Positions 1-9,619 of a stretch of DNA of 17,082 nucleotides are shown here, in pieces. Positions within the stretch are counted from its first letter, which is position 1. The number at the start of each line of letters is the position of its first letter. The stretch lies in NCBI GenBank assembly GCA_038217285.1, contig JBBQPO010000124.1, positions 1-17,082 on the forward strand. The letters are read 5' to 3'. Below the pieces are notes generated by a model. That model saw only the letters and a list, made by a program, of their open reading frames with translations. It was not told the DNA's origin and made no database searches. The stretch comes from Chthonomonadales bacterium. Lineage in GTDB: Bacteria > Armatimonadota > Chthonomonadetes > Chthonomonadales > Chthonomonadaceae. The position numbers and the translations under genes are program-made.

Positions 1-53
1 CCAAAGCAGGCATAGGTCTTGCGCCGGAAGTCGGCAAGTGTGCTAAAATCCAT
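1..53 (-). CDS. Transposase N-terminus (partial), MDFSTLADFRRKTYACF
   Basis: Translated by hand from ATG at 53 (minus), preceded by AAAGGAAGG. The LxxFRxxxYxCF pattern resembles the N-termini of NF041680-type DDE transposases as recalled. Only 17 codons are visible. Confidence 0.6.
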   Translation of the reverse strand, partial: MDFSTLADFRRKTYACF

Positions 54-140
54 GTGGGCACCTTCCTTTCTTGTTAACTGAAAGGTACCCAATGGGGCAG
101 CCAAAGTTTATCTTCGGCTGCTCTGTAGTCTAAACGTCAA
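1..140 (-). mobile_element. Left end of an IS element (IS701/IS4-like DDE family) inserted in the methyltransferase gene
   Basis: Candidate terminal repeat GTCTAAACGTCAA (128-140), internal hairpin GCAGCC-N13-GGCTGC (97-121), and an RBS (AGGAAGG) plus ATG reading out of the window. Methylase-like coding resumes abruptly at 142. Confidence 0.65.
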
Positions 141-141
141 T

Positions 142-1946
142 GAAGGAGAGTATGGTCGGGTTTATCTAGCACCCATACATGGTATGGAAGAAACCGCTAT
201 GAGGGCACAACCAAAGTGGAAACCAGATCTCGAAATGCCGGCAAATCCTCGCTGGTTTTCGCCACCGCTTTACGGACTGAAAACCTATGGAGACCTGTTT
301 ACGCCCCGCCAACTTGTAGCATTAACAACATACGCTGACCTCATACCGGAAGCCCGAGAACGTGTAAAACAAGACGCCCGGGAGGCAGGGCTGTGTGATG
401 ACGGGAAAACCCTAAGCGGGAACGGTACTGGTGCGACCGCTTACGCAGATATGGTGAGTATATATCTAGCGTTTTGCCTGGACAAAATGACAGATACGAA
501 CACATGCCTGTGTAGCTGGCAGCTCAACCCGCCGAGGTTGCGCGCAACTTTTGGAAGACAAGCGCTACCGATGGTATGGGACTATGCTGAGGCTAACATA
601 TTCGGCGACGCGGCGGGTGATTTTGGCAGATGCGTACATTCGCTTACTGAAGTCCTGGATCGGCAAGGATTGACTGGGTCAGGGATCGCATTCCAAAAAG
701 ATGCGGCGGTTCCAATTGACGGCAAGAAACGAATTTTCTCTACTGATCCACCCTACTACGACAACATAGGATACGCTGATCTCTCAGATTTCTTCTACGT
801 CTGGATGCGTCGCTCATTGAAGCCTGTCTTCCCTGATCTATTCACTACGCTCACCGTACCCAAAGCTGAGGAATTGGTGGCAACGCCCTATCGTCACGGA
901 GGCAAAGAAAAAGCAGAAGCATTCTTCCTGAATGGTATGACGCAGGCAATGCATTGCATTGCATTGCTGAACAGGCACACCCGGACTTTCCAGTCACGAT
1001 TTACTATGCCTTCAAGCAGTCGGAAACTGACGGCATCAATGGTACAGTAAGTACAGGATGGGACACTTTTCTCGATGCGGTGATACAGGCGGGCCTAGCG
1101 ATCAGCGGTACGTGGCCGATGAGGTCTGAACTCGCGACACGCAATGTTGGGCGTGGTACAAACGCTCTGGCTTCGAGCATCGTCCTGGTCTGCCGTCCCT
1201 TCGCAACGGACGCAAAACAAACTACTCGCCGCGAGTTCGTCACTGCACTCAAGGCTGAATTGCCGGCAGCGCTCGTTAAACTTCAGCGAGGTAATATAGC
1301 TCCGGTAGACCTGGCACAGGCGGCAATCGGGCCAGGCATGGCAGTTTATACGCGATACGCTCGTGTGTTAGATGCAGAGGGTAAACCTATCTCGGTTCGC
1401 GAAGCGCTGGTCCTTATCAATCAAACCCTGGACGAGGCGCTGGCGGAGCAAGAGGGTGACTTCGACTCCGACACGCGCTGGGCGTTGTCGTGGTTCGAGC
1501 AGTCGGGTTTTGCTGAGGGCGAGTATGGCATAGCCGAAACACTCTCCAAGGCTAAGAACACCGGAGTCGCGGGAATGGTGGAGGCGGGCATTGTGGCTTC
1601 CGGGCGAGGTAAGGTGCGCTTGCTTCGACCGGGGGAGTTGCCTGCCGATTGGAACCCGTCTACGGATACACGGCTCTCTGCGTGGGAAATGGTGCATCAA
1701 CTGGTACGTGCGCTGGAGAGTGGTTCAGAACCGGCTGCGGCCGCCCTTGTCGCGAAACTCGGGGCAAAAGCGGATGTCGCGCGGGAACTGGCCTATCGGC
1801 TCTATACGCTCTGTGAGCGCAAGAAGCGTGCGGCAGAGGCGCTTTCGTACAACAGCCTCGTACAGAGTTGGCCAGAGATTGCGCGTCTGTCGCAGGAGAC
1901 CGGCGTAGCCGCCCCCATTCAGATGACGACGGACGACCTGGAGTAA
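142..1946 (+). pseudogene. DUF1156-family N6-adenine DNA methyltransferase, C-terminal part; IS-interrupted and frameshifted
   Basis: Frame 1 from 142 reads EGEYGRVYLAP... into ORF 184-1050, which has DLFTPRQL, FGRQALPMVWDYAE and catalytic TDPPYYD. Homology continues in ORF 954-1946 (VTIYYAFKQ, GTWPMRSE, NALASSIVLVCR, GNIAPVDLAQAAIGPGMA). The N-terminal SAM-binding part is absent from the window. Confidence 0.88.
946..967 (+). repeat. Pentanucleotide tandem repeat GCAAT(GCATT)3GC at the frameshift site
   Basis: Seen directly. Removing one GCATT unit fuses the two ORFs as ...MTQAMHCIAEQAHP... Confidence 0.9.
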
Positions 1947-2002
1947 CTTATGGAGATCAGCAGCCAGGAAAATCTCTATTTGGCGCCTGAGGAGGCATTC
2001 TG

Positions 2003-3364
2003 ATGCTTACTAACCTTCATCTGCGCAACTTCAAGTCGTGGGCCAATACTGGAGACATCGCACTCAAGCCAATCACCGGTTTTTTCGGTGCTAACAGCTC
2101 GGGCAAGACCAGTCTTTTGCAATCCCTACTGTTGCTCAAGCAGACTTCCGAATCAGCGGATCGAGGTCTGATCCTTCAATTCGGGGAGAAGAACAGTCTG
2201 GTCAACCTCGGCGACTTCCGCAGCGTCATCTATGGTCACGCGGTCGAGAACGAGTTGATATTTTCCCTGGATTGGGACCAGAAAAAGCCTATTGTGGCGA
2301 ACGACCTGCGACGAACAGTGCTTCAGAGCCAAAATATCGGCTTTACGACGCATGTGCGAGGCGAGAACGGCAATGGAACTGCCCTGCGGTTGACAGTACC
2401 GGATATGGCGTACCGAGTTGGTAATGGGATTTTTGGCATGCGCCGCAGAACGGAAGGCACAGGTGTATATGACTTATATACAGATAGGACTGGGTTTCAG
2501 TTCTTGCCCCAACGTGCCTTTCCCCTTCATGGTCCCATTAAATGCTATGGTTTCCCCAAAGAGGTAAGGCTCCGTTACATGAATTCCGGCTTTCTTTCGG
2601 ATCTTGAACTGGCCTTTCAGGAGCAACTCGAACAGATCTATTATCTGGGACCGTTACGAGCCAATCCTGAACGCACATACACTTGGTCGGGCGCGCAACC
2701 TTCCGATATGGGGCAGGCAGGGGAGCAGGCTATCCATGCCATCTTATCGTCCCGCGATAAAGGCGAAACCATTTCCAGGGGCAGAGGGCGGTCACGGGTT
2801 ACTTTAGAGGCGTATGTCGCGGAGTGGCTCCAAAAACTGGGGCTGATCGCGGAGTTTCGTGTCGAGCCTATCGCGGAAGGCAGTCAGCTTTTTCAGGTCA
2901 AGGTGCGGAAGGTGAAAGGGGGAACGGAGTCCCTGATAACGGATGTCGGCTTCGGGGTCTCGCAGATTCTTCCGGTCATTGTGCTCTGCTTCTATGTGCC
3001 GGAAGGCTCGACGGTAATCCTGGAACAGCCGGAGATCCATCTGCATCCCGCCGTTCAGGCCAATCTGGCAGATGTGCTGATCGATGCCTACCGGAAACGT
3101 GGCGTACAGATCATCGTGGAGAGCCATAGCGAACATCTCTTACGACGCCTTCAAAGGCGTATCGCAGAAGAGAAACTGAGCAGTGAAGAGGTCGGACTAT
3201 ACTTCTGTGAGGCCGGTGCTAAGGGTTCAACGCTCACGACGCTGGATCTGAACGCTTTTGGAAACATAACGAACTGGCCGGAAGATTTCTTCGGCGATGA
3301 GTTCGGAGAACTGGCTGCCACACAAAACGCAATAATCAAGCGTATGCAGCAAGCCAAGCCATGA
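2003..3364 (+). CDS. ABC-type/AAA_21-like ATPase with C-terminal DUF3696
   Basis: N-terminal LxLxNFKS, Walker A GANSSGKTS, signature-like VGFGVSQ, Walker B VILEQPE, H-loop VESHSEH, C-terminal NWPEDFFG. RBS AGGAGG at 1990-1995. Confidence 0.88.
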   Translation: MLTNLHLRNFKSWANTGDIALKPITGFFGANSSGKTSLLQSLLLLKQTSESADRGLILQFGEKNSLVNLGDFRSVIYGHAVENELIFSLDWDQKKPIVANDLRRTVLQSQNIGFTTHVRGENGNGTALRLTVPDMAYRVGNGIFGMRRRTEGTGVYDLYTDRTGFQFLPQRAFPLHGPIKCYGFPKEVRLRYMNSGFLSDLELAFQEQLEQIYYLGPLRANPERTYTWSGAQPSDMGQAGEQAIHAILSSRDKGETISRGRGRSRVTLEAYVAEWLQKLGLIAEFRVEPIAEGSQLFQVKVRKVKGGTESLITDVGFGVSQILPVIVLCFYVPEGSTVILEQPEIHLHPAVQANLADVLIDAYRKRGVQIIVESHSEHLLRRLQRRIAEEKLSSEEVGLYFCEAGAKGSTLTTLDLNAFGNITNWPEDFFGDEFGELAATQNAIIKRMQQAKP

Positions 3365-3864
3365 AGAAATCCGTGATCATCGATACAAATGTAGCAATCT
3401 TGGCAAACAACCGGTCTTCTGCTACTGACATTGACTGCTTGAATGCCTGCATTTTAGCGCTAACCCAGGCTCGGAAACAGGTAATACTGATGGACGATGC
3501 TTCTCGTATCTTTATCGAATATAGGCGACATCTGTCACATTCCGGGCAACCTGGGGCGGGCGATGCCTTCTTCAAATGGTTATGGAATAATCAGGCGACC
3601 GTGCGGCACTGCCGCCTTATCTCGATCACACCGCTTGAGAGCGATGACGCAGATTTTGAGGAGTTCCCAAAGGACCCCGAACTCGCCACATTCGACCGGA
3701 GCGACCGCAAATTTGTGGCCGTCGCGCTGGCAAGTGGCACCGCACCCCTGATCTTGAATGCGACGGACACCGACTGGTGGATCTACCGCAAAGCGCTGGA
3801 ACGCAATCGAGTGCATGTGCAGTTTTTATGCCCCGATCTCATGCGCGATAAGGATTTTGAGTGA
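3361..3864 (+). CDS. PIN-like domain protein (putative RNase/toxin)
   Basis: N-terminal IIDTNV, then DRSDRKFVAVA and NATDTDW, giving the acidic active-site pattern of PIN folds. ATGA overlap with the ATPase. Confidence 0.75.
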   Translation: MKKSVIIDTNVAILANNRSSATDIDCLNACILALTQARKQVILMDDASRIFIEYRRHLSHSGQPGAGDAFFKWLWNNQATVRHCRLISITPLESDDADFEEFPKDPELATFDRSDRKFVAVALASGTAPLILNATDTDWWIYRKALERNRVHVQFLCPDLMRDKDFE

Positions 3865-6458
3865 TGGCAATTACGAATTACGAGCGTGTCGGCAAAGCGC
3901 TGGAACTTGTTAAGACCGGTCTCGCTCCCTATGTAGAACGTGAACTGGAGTCGCAGCATGGTAAATACTGGATTACGGTGGTCACAGCCAACTGGCGCGA
4001 CGATGTGGCCTGGAATGGTGACAGCGACAATCCGCATCTTGATGCCGCCCTGCTTCTGCGCCTGATGTGGGAGCAGTGGAACGACGTCTTCCGCAAGACA
4101 TTGGGCTACGCGGAGCGCTCCCTGGTAAGCGAGATACGGGATGCGCGCAACAAATGGGCGCACCAGAACTCTTTCTCCTCCGATGACGCCGACCGTGCCC
4201 TCGATTCGATGGCGCGTCTGTTGACTGCCGTCTCCTCGCCCCAGGCCGACGAGGTCGGCAAGATGAAGATGGAACTGCGCCGCGTCATTTTCGACGAGCA
4301 GATGCGCAGCGAGAAGCGCCGCTCGGCAGGCACCGTTATCGAGAGCCAGGTCACCGGTACGCTCAAGCCGTGGCGCGAAGTGGTCAGCCCCCACCGCGAT
4401 GTGGCGAGTGGCCGCTACCAGCAGGCAGAGTTCGCGGCGGATCTCTGGCAGGTGCACATCGGCGAAGGTTCGGACGAGTATCGCAAACCCCCGGAGTTTT
4501 TTCGGCGCACCTATCTGACCGACAGTCTGCGCAGGCTCCTGGTAGATGCTGTCTGCCGGATCGCGGGCGACGGCGGAGACCCGGTCGTACAGCTCCAAAC
4601 GAACTTCGGCGGCGGCAAGACGCACTCTATGCTGGCGCTCTACCACCTGTTTTCCGGCGTTCCCACCCAGGAGCTTGCCGGGGCGGACGCGGTGCTTGCC
4701 GAGGCGGGCGTCGAGAATCTTCCTGAATTGCGGCCGGTGGTGCTGGTCGGAAACAAGATCTCGCCGGGCAACCCGAGCGTGAAGGCGGACGGGACGGTGG
4801 TGCGTACGCTCTGGGGCGAGCTTGCCTGGCAGCTAGGCGGCAGGGCGGCCTTTGACGTCATTCGCGCTGACGATGAGATGGCGACCAGTCCCGGCGACAA
4901 ACTGCGCGAGCTGTTCAATACGTACGGCCCCTGCCTTATACTCATCGACGAGTGGGTCGCCTATGCCCGGCAGCTCCACGATGCCGCCGATCTGCCGGGT
5001 GGAAGCTTCGAGACGCACTTCACCTTTGCTCAGGCGCTGACGGAGTCGGCGAAGCTGGCGAAAAACTGTCTGCTCGTCATTAGTCTGCCCGCATCGGATA
5101 CGTCCGGTTCGCAGCATGCCCGTGCCGATGATGTCGAAGTCGGCGGCGAGCGTGGTCGTGCCGCCCTGGACCGCCTGCGCAATGCGGTTGGGCGCGTGGA
5201 GGCGTCCTGGCGACCTGCGAGCGCGGAAGAGAGCTTCGAGATCGTCCGTCGCCGTCTGTTTGAGCCGATGGTGGAGCAGGAGCAGTTCGTAGCGCGCGAC
5301 ACTGTCGCGCGCGCCTTCTTCGACCTCTACCGAACGCAGCATTCGGAGTTTCCGCCTGAGTGTCATAATTCGGACTACGAGCAGCGCCTCAAGGCGGCCT
5401 ATCCCATTCATCCCGAAGTGTTCGACCGCCTCTATACGGACTGGTCCACCCTGGTGAAGTTTCAGCGTACACGTGGCGTTCTGCGCCTGATGGCGGCCGT
5501 CATTCATAGTCTGTGGGAGAAGGGCGACCGCAACCCGCTCATCATGCCGTCCAACATCCCCATCGATGACCAGCGCGTCCAGTTCGAACTAACCCGCTAT
5601 CTGCCCGAAAACTGGGTTCCTGTCCTGGAAAAAGACGTGGACGGCCCGAACGCGCTGCCGCTACGCCTGGACGGGGATGTGCCGAACTTGGGCAAGTTCG
5701 CGGCCTCGCGGCGCGTGGCGCGGACGGTCTATCTTGGCTCCGCCCCGACTGCGGCGGCAGCCAATCGAGGGCTGGAAGACCGGCGCATCAAGCTGGGCTG
5801 CGTTATGCCCGGCGAATCGCCTGCCGTCTTTGGGGATGCCCTGCGCCGCCTGAGCGCCGCCGCGACCTATCTCTATCAGGACGGGGCGCGCTACTGGTAC
5901 TCGACCCAGCCTACTGTCACCAAACTTGCCGAAGACCTGGCCGAACAACTGAAACGCGATCCCGACCAGGTGACGAAAGAGTTGGATAAGCGCTTGCGGG
6001 CCGACTTGAAGCAACCCGGTGATTTCGTCCGTGTGCATCCGCTGCCACAGTCCGGTCAGGATGTAGCAGACGACCTGGAGGCGCGACTGGTAGTGCTTGG
6101 TCCGGACTATCCCTACAGCAAAGAGCCGGGAAATGCGGCTGAAAAAGCCGCGAAGGAGATACTCCAGAAACGAGGCAGCGCCCCTCGCCTCTTCCAAAAT
6201 GCGCTGGTGTTTCTTGCGGTCGATAAAATACGTCTGCAGGATCTGGACGAAGCGGCTCGGCGCTACCTCGCGTGGGAGAAAATTCTATCGGAACGGTTGA
6301 TACTCTCTTTAGACCCCCATCAGGTCAAACAGGCGGAAACTCAGAAGGCCTCGGCAGACAGCGCCGTCACGGCACGTCTCCCGGAAGCCTATCAGTGGGT
6401 CAACAGCAACGTCAGCGTGGAAGCCAGGGGGGATGTTCGGGGTGGCTGGCGGGTCTAA
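3864..6458 (+). pseudogene. Swt1-like HEPN + DUF499 AAA+ ATPase, C-terminally truncated
   Basis: Start MAITNYERVGKAL (TGATG overlap), HEPN RxxxxH motif RNKWAH, LKPWREVVSPH, EFAADL, Walker A QTNFGGGKTH, Walker B LILIDEW, YPIHPE, FQRTRGVLR. Family-like sequence appears to stop at PEAYQW (6398), followed by 19 residues that are mostly antisense to the neighbouring gene. Confidence 0.82.
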
Positions 6459-6933
6459 ACTGCACTGGAACTGTCGGATGTGTGCCGGGGGTACCGGGGC
6501 GTTGGGAACAGAGCAGGCTGAAACCGACCAGGGCGAGCCCCCAGGCGAGGATCGTCCCGACGTGGAGCAGGGCGACGGGAGGATGCACAGACGCCGCTGT
6601 AAAGACTGGCAAAGCTTCGATCTGCAGGGGCGTAAGGTGTTCTCTGGCTTCGAGGCCAGTCGCCAGGACGCCGCCGGGGACGCGGCGTGGCAGGCTCGCC
6701 GTCTGCACCTGCCCGGAGCGCACCTGTGCGTAGAGCCGGAGGTCGCCGACGCGCCGACGCACTCCGTCCGTCATCACCTGCGAGACAATCACATCGTTGG
6801 GCCCGACCTGCCCGGAAGCGATGCGTCCCAGGAACTCGTTGAACTCCAGCACGGTCACCTCGCCCCGCGCTGTCTGAACAACGATTCCATGCCCCTTTTG
6901 TGCAAATGCCCAGTCTTGCAGCATGGCCCCCAC
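6412..6933 (-). CDS. Hypothetical protein with a single C-proximal transmembrane helix
   Basis: 173-aa ORF co-oriented with the upstream operon. Globular N-terminal part, hydrophobic stretch VALLHVGTILAWGLALVGFSLL, Pro-rich tail. Confidence 0.55.
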   Translation of the reverse strand: MGAMLQDWAFAQKGHGIVVQTARGEVTVLEFNEFLGRIASGQVGPNDVIVSQVMTDGVRRRVGDLRLYAQVRSGQVQTASLPRRVPGGVLATGLEAREHLTPLQIEALPVFTAASVHPPVALLHVGTILAWGLALVGFSLLCSQRPGTPGTHPTVPVQFRPASHPEHPPWLPR

Positions 6934-6994
6934 CCTTTCGAGACTCCGCAGTGCCTACCGCACCGGCGTCTCCCACAGTCTCTTGCCCTATTCC

Positions 6995-7843
6995 TTATCT
7001 CTTTAAGACGACTCCGCTGACCAGATATTCGTCGTCGGCCCCCCAGAATCCCTCCCACCGGGTCGCACCGAGTTCGGTCAGACGCGCTTTCGCGGCCGGG
7101 CCGAAGAGCAGTTCGACCGCATAGCGTAAGCGCACCGCGCCGATCTCCGATTTGGGCAGGCTATAGGGACTGCCCATTCCAATACCCATTTTCAGACCGG
7201 TGCCACAGGCCTTCGAAGCGGCCTCCATGAGCGAAAAGTGCGCCGCAACGCGGACTCGAAGCGCCTCTTCATCGTCATTTTCCGCTCCTGCCAGGAACGC
7301 TTCCGATTCGGTTTCCGACATGAACTGCCGGGCAAAGCGGTGCAGATAGGCGCTGTCTTTACCCGCCTGCCGTAGCCGGGGAAGATGGACCACGTCCACG
7401 CCGATGCCCGCGATGTCGGCGCCATAGGCCGCCAGGACGATATGGGCGTCGCCATCGTTGGTGTTGGAAATGTGGAGATGCTGGTCCTCGTAGCCACGAT
7501 CCATGGCCCAGGCTTCGACATCGCCCTGAAACGCAATGGAGGGCTTGCCCAGCGCGTCGTTCTGCCAGTGAAGATCGTCCGGGGCATGCAGGTTGGGAAA
7601 GCCTTCGGCACGAAACCGTTGGTAGACGGCAGCGCGAGCGGCGAGATGTGTGAGGCCAAATCGGCGGTAGCGGCGCTCCATCTTCGGATACCGATCCAGC
7701 GTTTCTCGCGTATAGCTGATCCAGCCGAGCGTTACCGGCAGATTGGGATTCATCGCCCACTCGACCGCCTCCGAATGCAGCAGCGTCTGCGCCAGGGTGG
7801 TCTGCATCAGATGCGCGTTCTTCACTTCTTTTTCGGCTTCCAC
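6995..7843 (-). CDS. 4'-phosphopantetheinyl transferase superfamily protein (two AcpS-like halves)
   Basis: NDALGKP, HLHISNT, GIGVDVV and FSLMEAASKACGTG correspond to the GKP, SxSH, GxD and (F/W)xxKEAxxKAxGxG motifs. Confidence 0.75.
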   Translation of the reverse strand: MEAEKEVKNAHLMQTTLAQTLLHSEAVEWAMNPNLPVTLGWISYTRETLDRYPKMERRYRRFGLTHLAARAAVYQRFRAEGFPNLHAPDDLHWQNDALGKPSIAFQGDVEAWAMDRGYEDQHLHISNTNDGDAHIVLAAYGADIAGIGVDVVHLPRLRQAGKDSAYLHRFARQFMSETESEAFLAGAENDDEEALRVRVAAHFSLMEAASKACGTGLKMGIGMGSPYSLPKSEIGAVRLRYAVELLFGPAAKARLTELGATRWEGFWGADDEYLVSGVVLKR

Positions 7844-7849
7844 GTCGCG

Positions 7850-9592
7850 CTATCTCCCTTCCGTCACGGTCAGCGTCTGTCCCTTCTGCATACGTGTTAT
7901 CGGGCCGAGTGGCTGCACCCGACCGCTGGGCCAGCGTATCTCCACGCGGTCGGCCTGCGCCGCCTTGCCGATTCCGAACAGCAGGCGACGGTCACTGGCG
8001 GAGAGATACGACGAGCCACTGTGTACCTCCTGCGTCTGCGTCTCTGGGCCGACCGTCACGCGCACCCGCGCTCCGTAGGCGTCCCGGTTGCTGGTCGTGC
8101 CGACCAGCAATAGGCGTATCCAGCCGTTGCCGGTGCGGTTCTCGTTGTGCAGCAGCGCTGCCTTGCCGCCGTTGGACATCAGCAGCAGATCCGGACTGCC
8201 GTCGTTGTCTATATCGCCCCAGGCCGCTCCGCGTCCCACGCGCGGCGTCGTCAAGGCCGCGCCGCTCCGAGCGCTGACGTCCGCGAAGCGGCCCTGTCCC
8301 AGATTGCGAAACAGGAGGCCTGGCTCGGCGTAGCTTACGCCCGCGTCTCGTCTGCCGATATCGTCATCGATATGCCCGTTCGTAATGAAGAGATCCGGCC
8401 AGCCGTCGAGGTCGTAGTCCAGGAAGAAGGCTCCGAAGCCCAGATAGGTCTGCGTGGCGTTCCCGACCCCGGACCGCGCCGCCACATCGAGGAACAGGCC
8501 CGACTCATCGCGCCGATAGAGCGTCAACTGTTCGCCCGCGAAGTTGGTGATGAGCACATCAAAAGCGCCGTTGTGCTGCGTATCCGCCGCATCGATGCCC
8601 ATCCCAGCGCGCGAAACGCCCCGCTCGGAGAGCGCGATCCCCGACTCGACCCCAACCTCCCTGAACGTGCCATCGCCCTGATTATGGAACAAAAAGTTCG
8701 GTTCCGTATCGTTGGCGACGAAGAGATCGGGCCAGGAGTCGCCATCGTAATCGCAGGTGACCACTCCCAGGGCTTTGCTATGGGCGTTCAGGATGCCTGC
8801 CTGCCGGGTGACGTCCTGAAACTTGCCGTTGCCCAGATTATGGTAGAGGCGGCACGACTCGCCGGGATAGGACTGCGGACGCGCGTAGGACTTGCTGGTC
8901 CCGTCCACGCTGTAAAAGACGTCGGTCTTCGGCGACCACTGCACATAGTGGCAGACGAACAGGTCGAGCTTCCCATCGCGGTCGTAGTCGATCCATGCCG
9001 CCGAGGTGCTCCACCCGGTATCGGTGATCCCACTTGTCGCCGTCGCGTCTACGAACTTGCGTCCGCCCCGGCCGTTCGAAACGTTGTGAAACAGTCGGCT
9101 CTTGCCGACCGCCGTGAGAAACAGGTCGTCATAGCCGTCGTTGTCGTAGTCTCCGACCGCGACTCCCATTCCGAACATCGGCACGTCCAGGCCGACCTCA
9201 TGCGTCACATCCGTAAACGTGCCATCGTGGTTATTGTGGTAGAGGGCCATTCGGGTGTGCTTGCCGCGCGCCTCCCAGGGTTCGCCATTGATGAGCAGGA
9301 TGTCCTGCCAGCCATCGTTGTCGTAGTCCAGAAAAGCGCAGCCGCTGCCCATGGTTTCCGGCAGCCACTTCTTCCCCACCGCACCGTTATTATGCTGGAA
9401 CCGTAAGCCCGCCTTACCGGTAATATCCGCAAATGTTACCGCCGGAGCCTCCGCCACGGCCCCGCGGTTAGGCGGCGTACCGGCTCGTCCGCCGCATCCC
9501 GCCAGGAGCAGTATCCACGGTAGCATCCGGCAGGCAGCCCACGTTCGCGCAGGGAGCAGAGGGTCATGTTTTGAAAAAGCGGCGCAAATCAT
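7850..9592 (-). CDS. CRTAC1-family lipoprotein (FG-GAP/VCBS repeats + ASPIC/UnbV domain)
   Basis: Repeated DYDNDG/DYDRDG/DYDGDS Ca-binding loops, ETMGSG, GRGAAWGD, and C-terminal SNRDAYGARV...GSSYLS...LLFGIG...VEIRWPSG. Lipobox LLAG-C. The true start may be the later MLPWILL. Confidence 0.92.
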   Translation of the reverse strand: MICAAFSKHDPLLPARTWAACRMLPWILLLAGCGGRAGTPPNRGAVAEAPAVTFADITGKAGLRFQHNNGAVGKKWLPETMGSGCAFLDYDNDGWQDILLINGEPWEARGKHTRMALYHNNHDGTFTDVTHEVGLDVPMFGMGVAVGDYDNDGYDDLFLTAVGKSRLFHNVSNGRGGRKFVDATATSGITDTGWSTSAAWIDYDRDGKLDLFVCHYVQWSPKTDVFYSVDGTSKSYARPQSYPGESCRLYHNLGNGKFQDVTRQAGILNAHSKALGVVTCDYDGDSWPDLFVANDTEPNFLFHNQGDGTFREVGVESGIALSERGVSRAGMGIDAADTQHNGAFDVLITNFAGEQLTLYRRDESGLFLDVAARSGVGNATQTYLGFGAFFLDYDLDGWPDLFITNGHIDDDIGRRDAGVSYAEPGLLFRNLGQGRFADVSARSGAALTTPRVGRGAAWGDIDNDGSPDLLLMSNGGKAALLHNENRTGNGWIRLLLVGTTSNRDAYGARVRVTVGPETQTQEVHSGSSYLSASDRRLLFGIGKAAQADRVEIRWPSGRVQPLGPITRMQKGQTLTVTEGR

Positions 9593-9619
9593 CGGCGCTC
9601 CCCGGCACCCCCTCCGGCC

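Noticed and set aside
6453-6460. GTCTAAAC, identical to the core of the IS end at 128-135, near the DUF499 truncation
   Set aside because: Only 8 bp, inside the coding region of the minus-strand gene and about 55 bp from the inferred junction. Chance is sufficient.
7850-9400. Repeated GTCGTAGTC-like motifs as a DNA repeat array
   Set aside because: Explained by the protein-level FG-GAP DYDxDG repeats.
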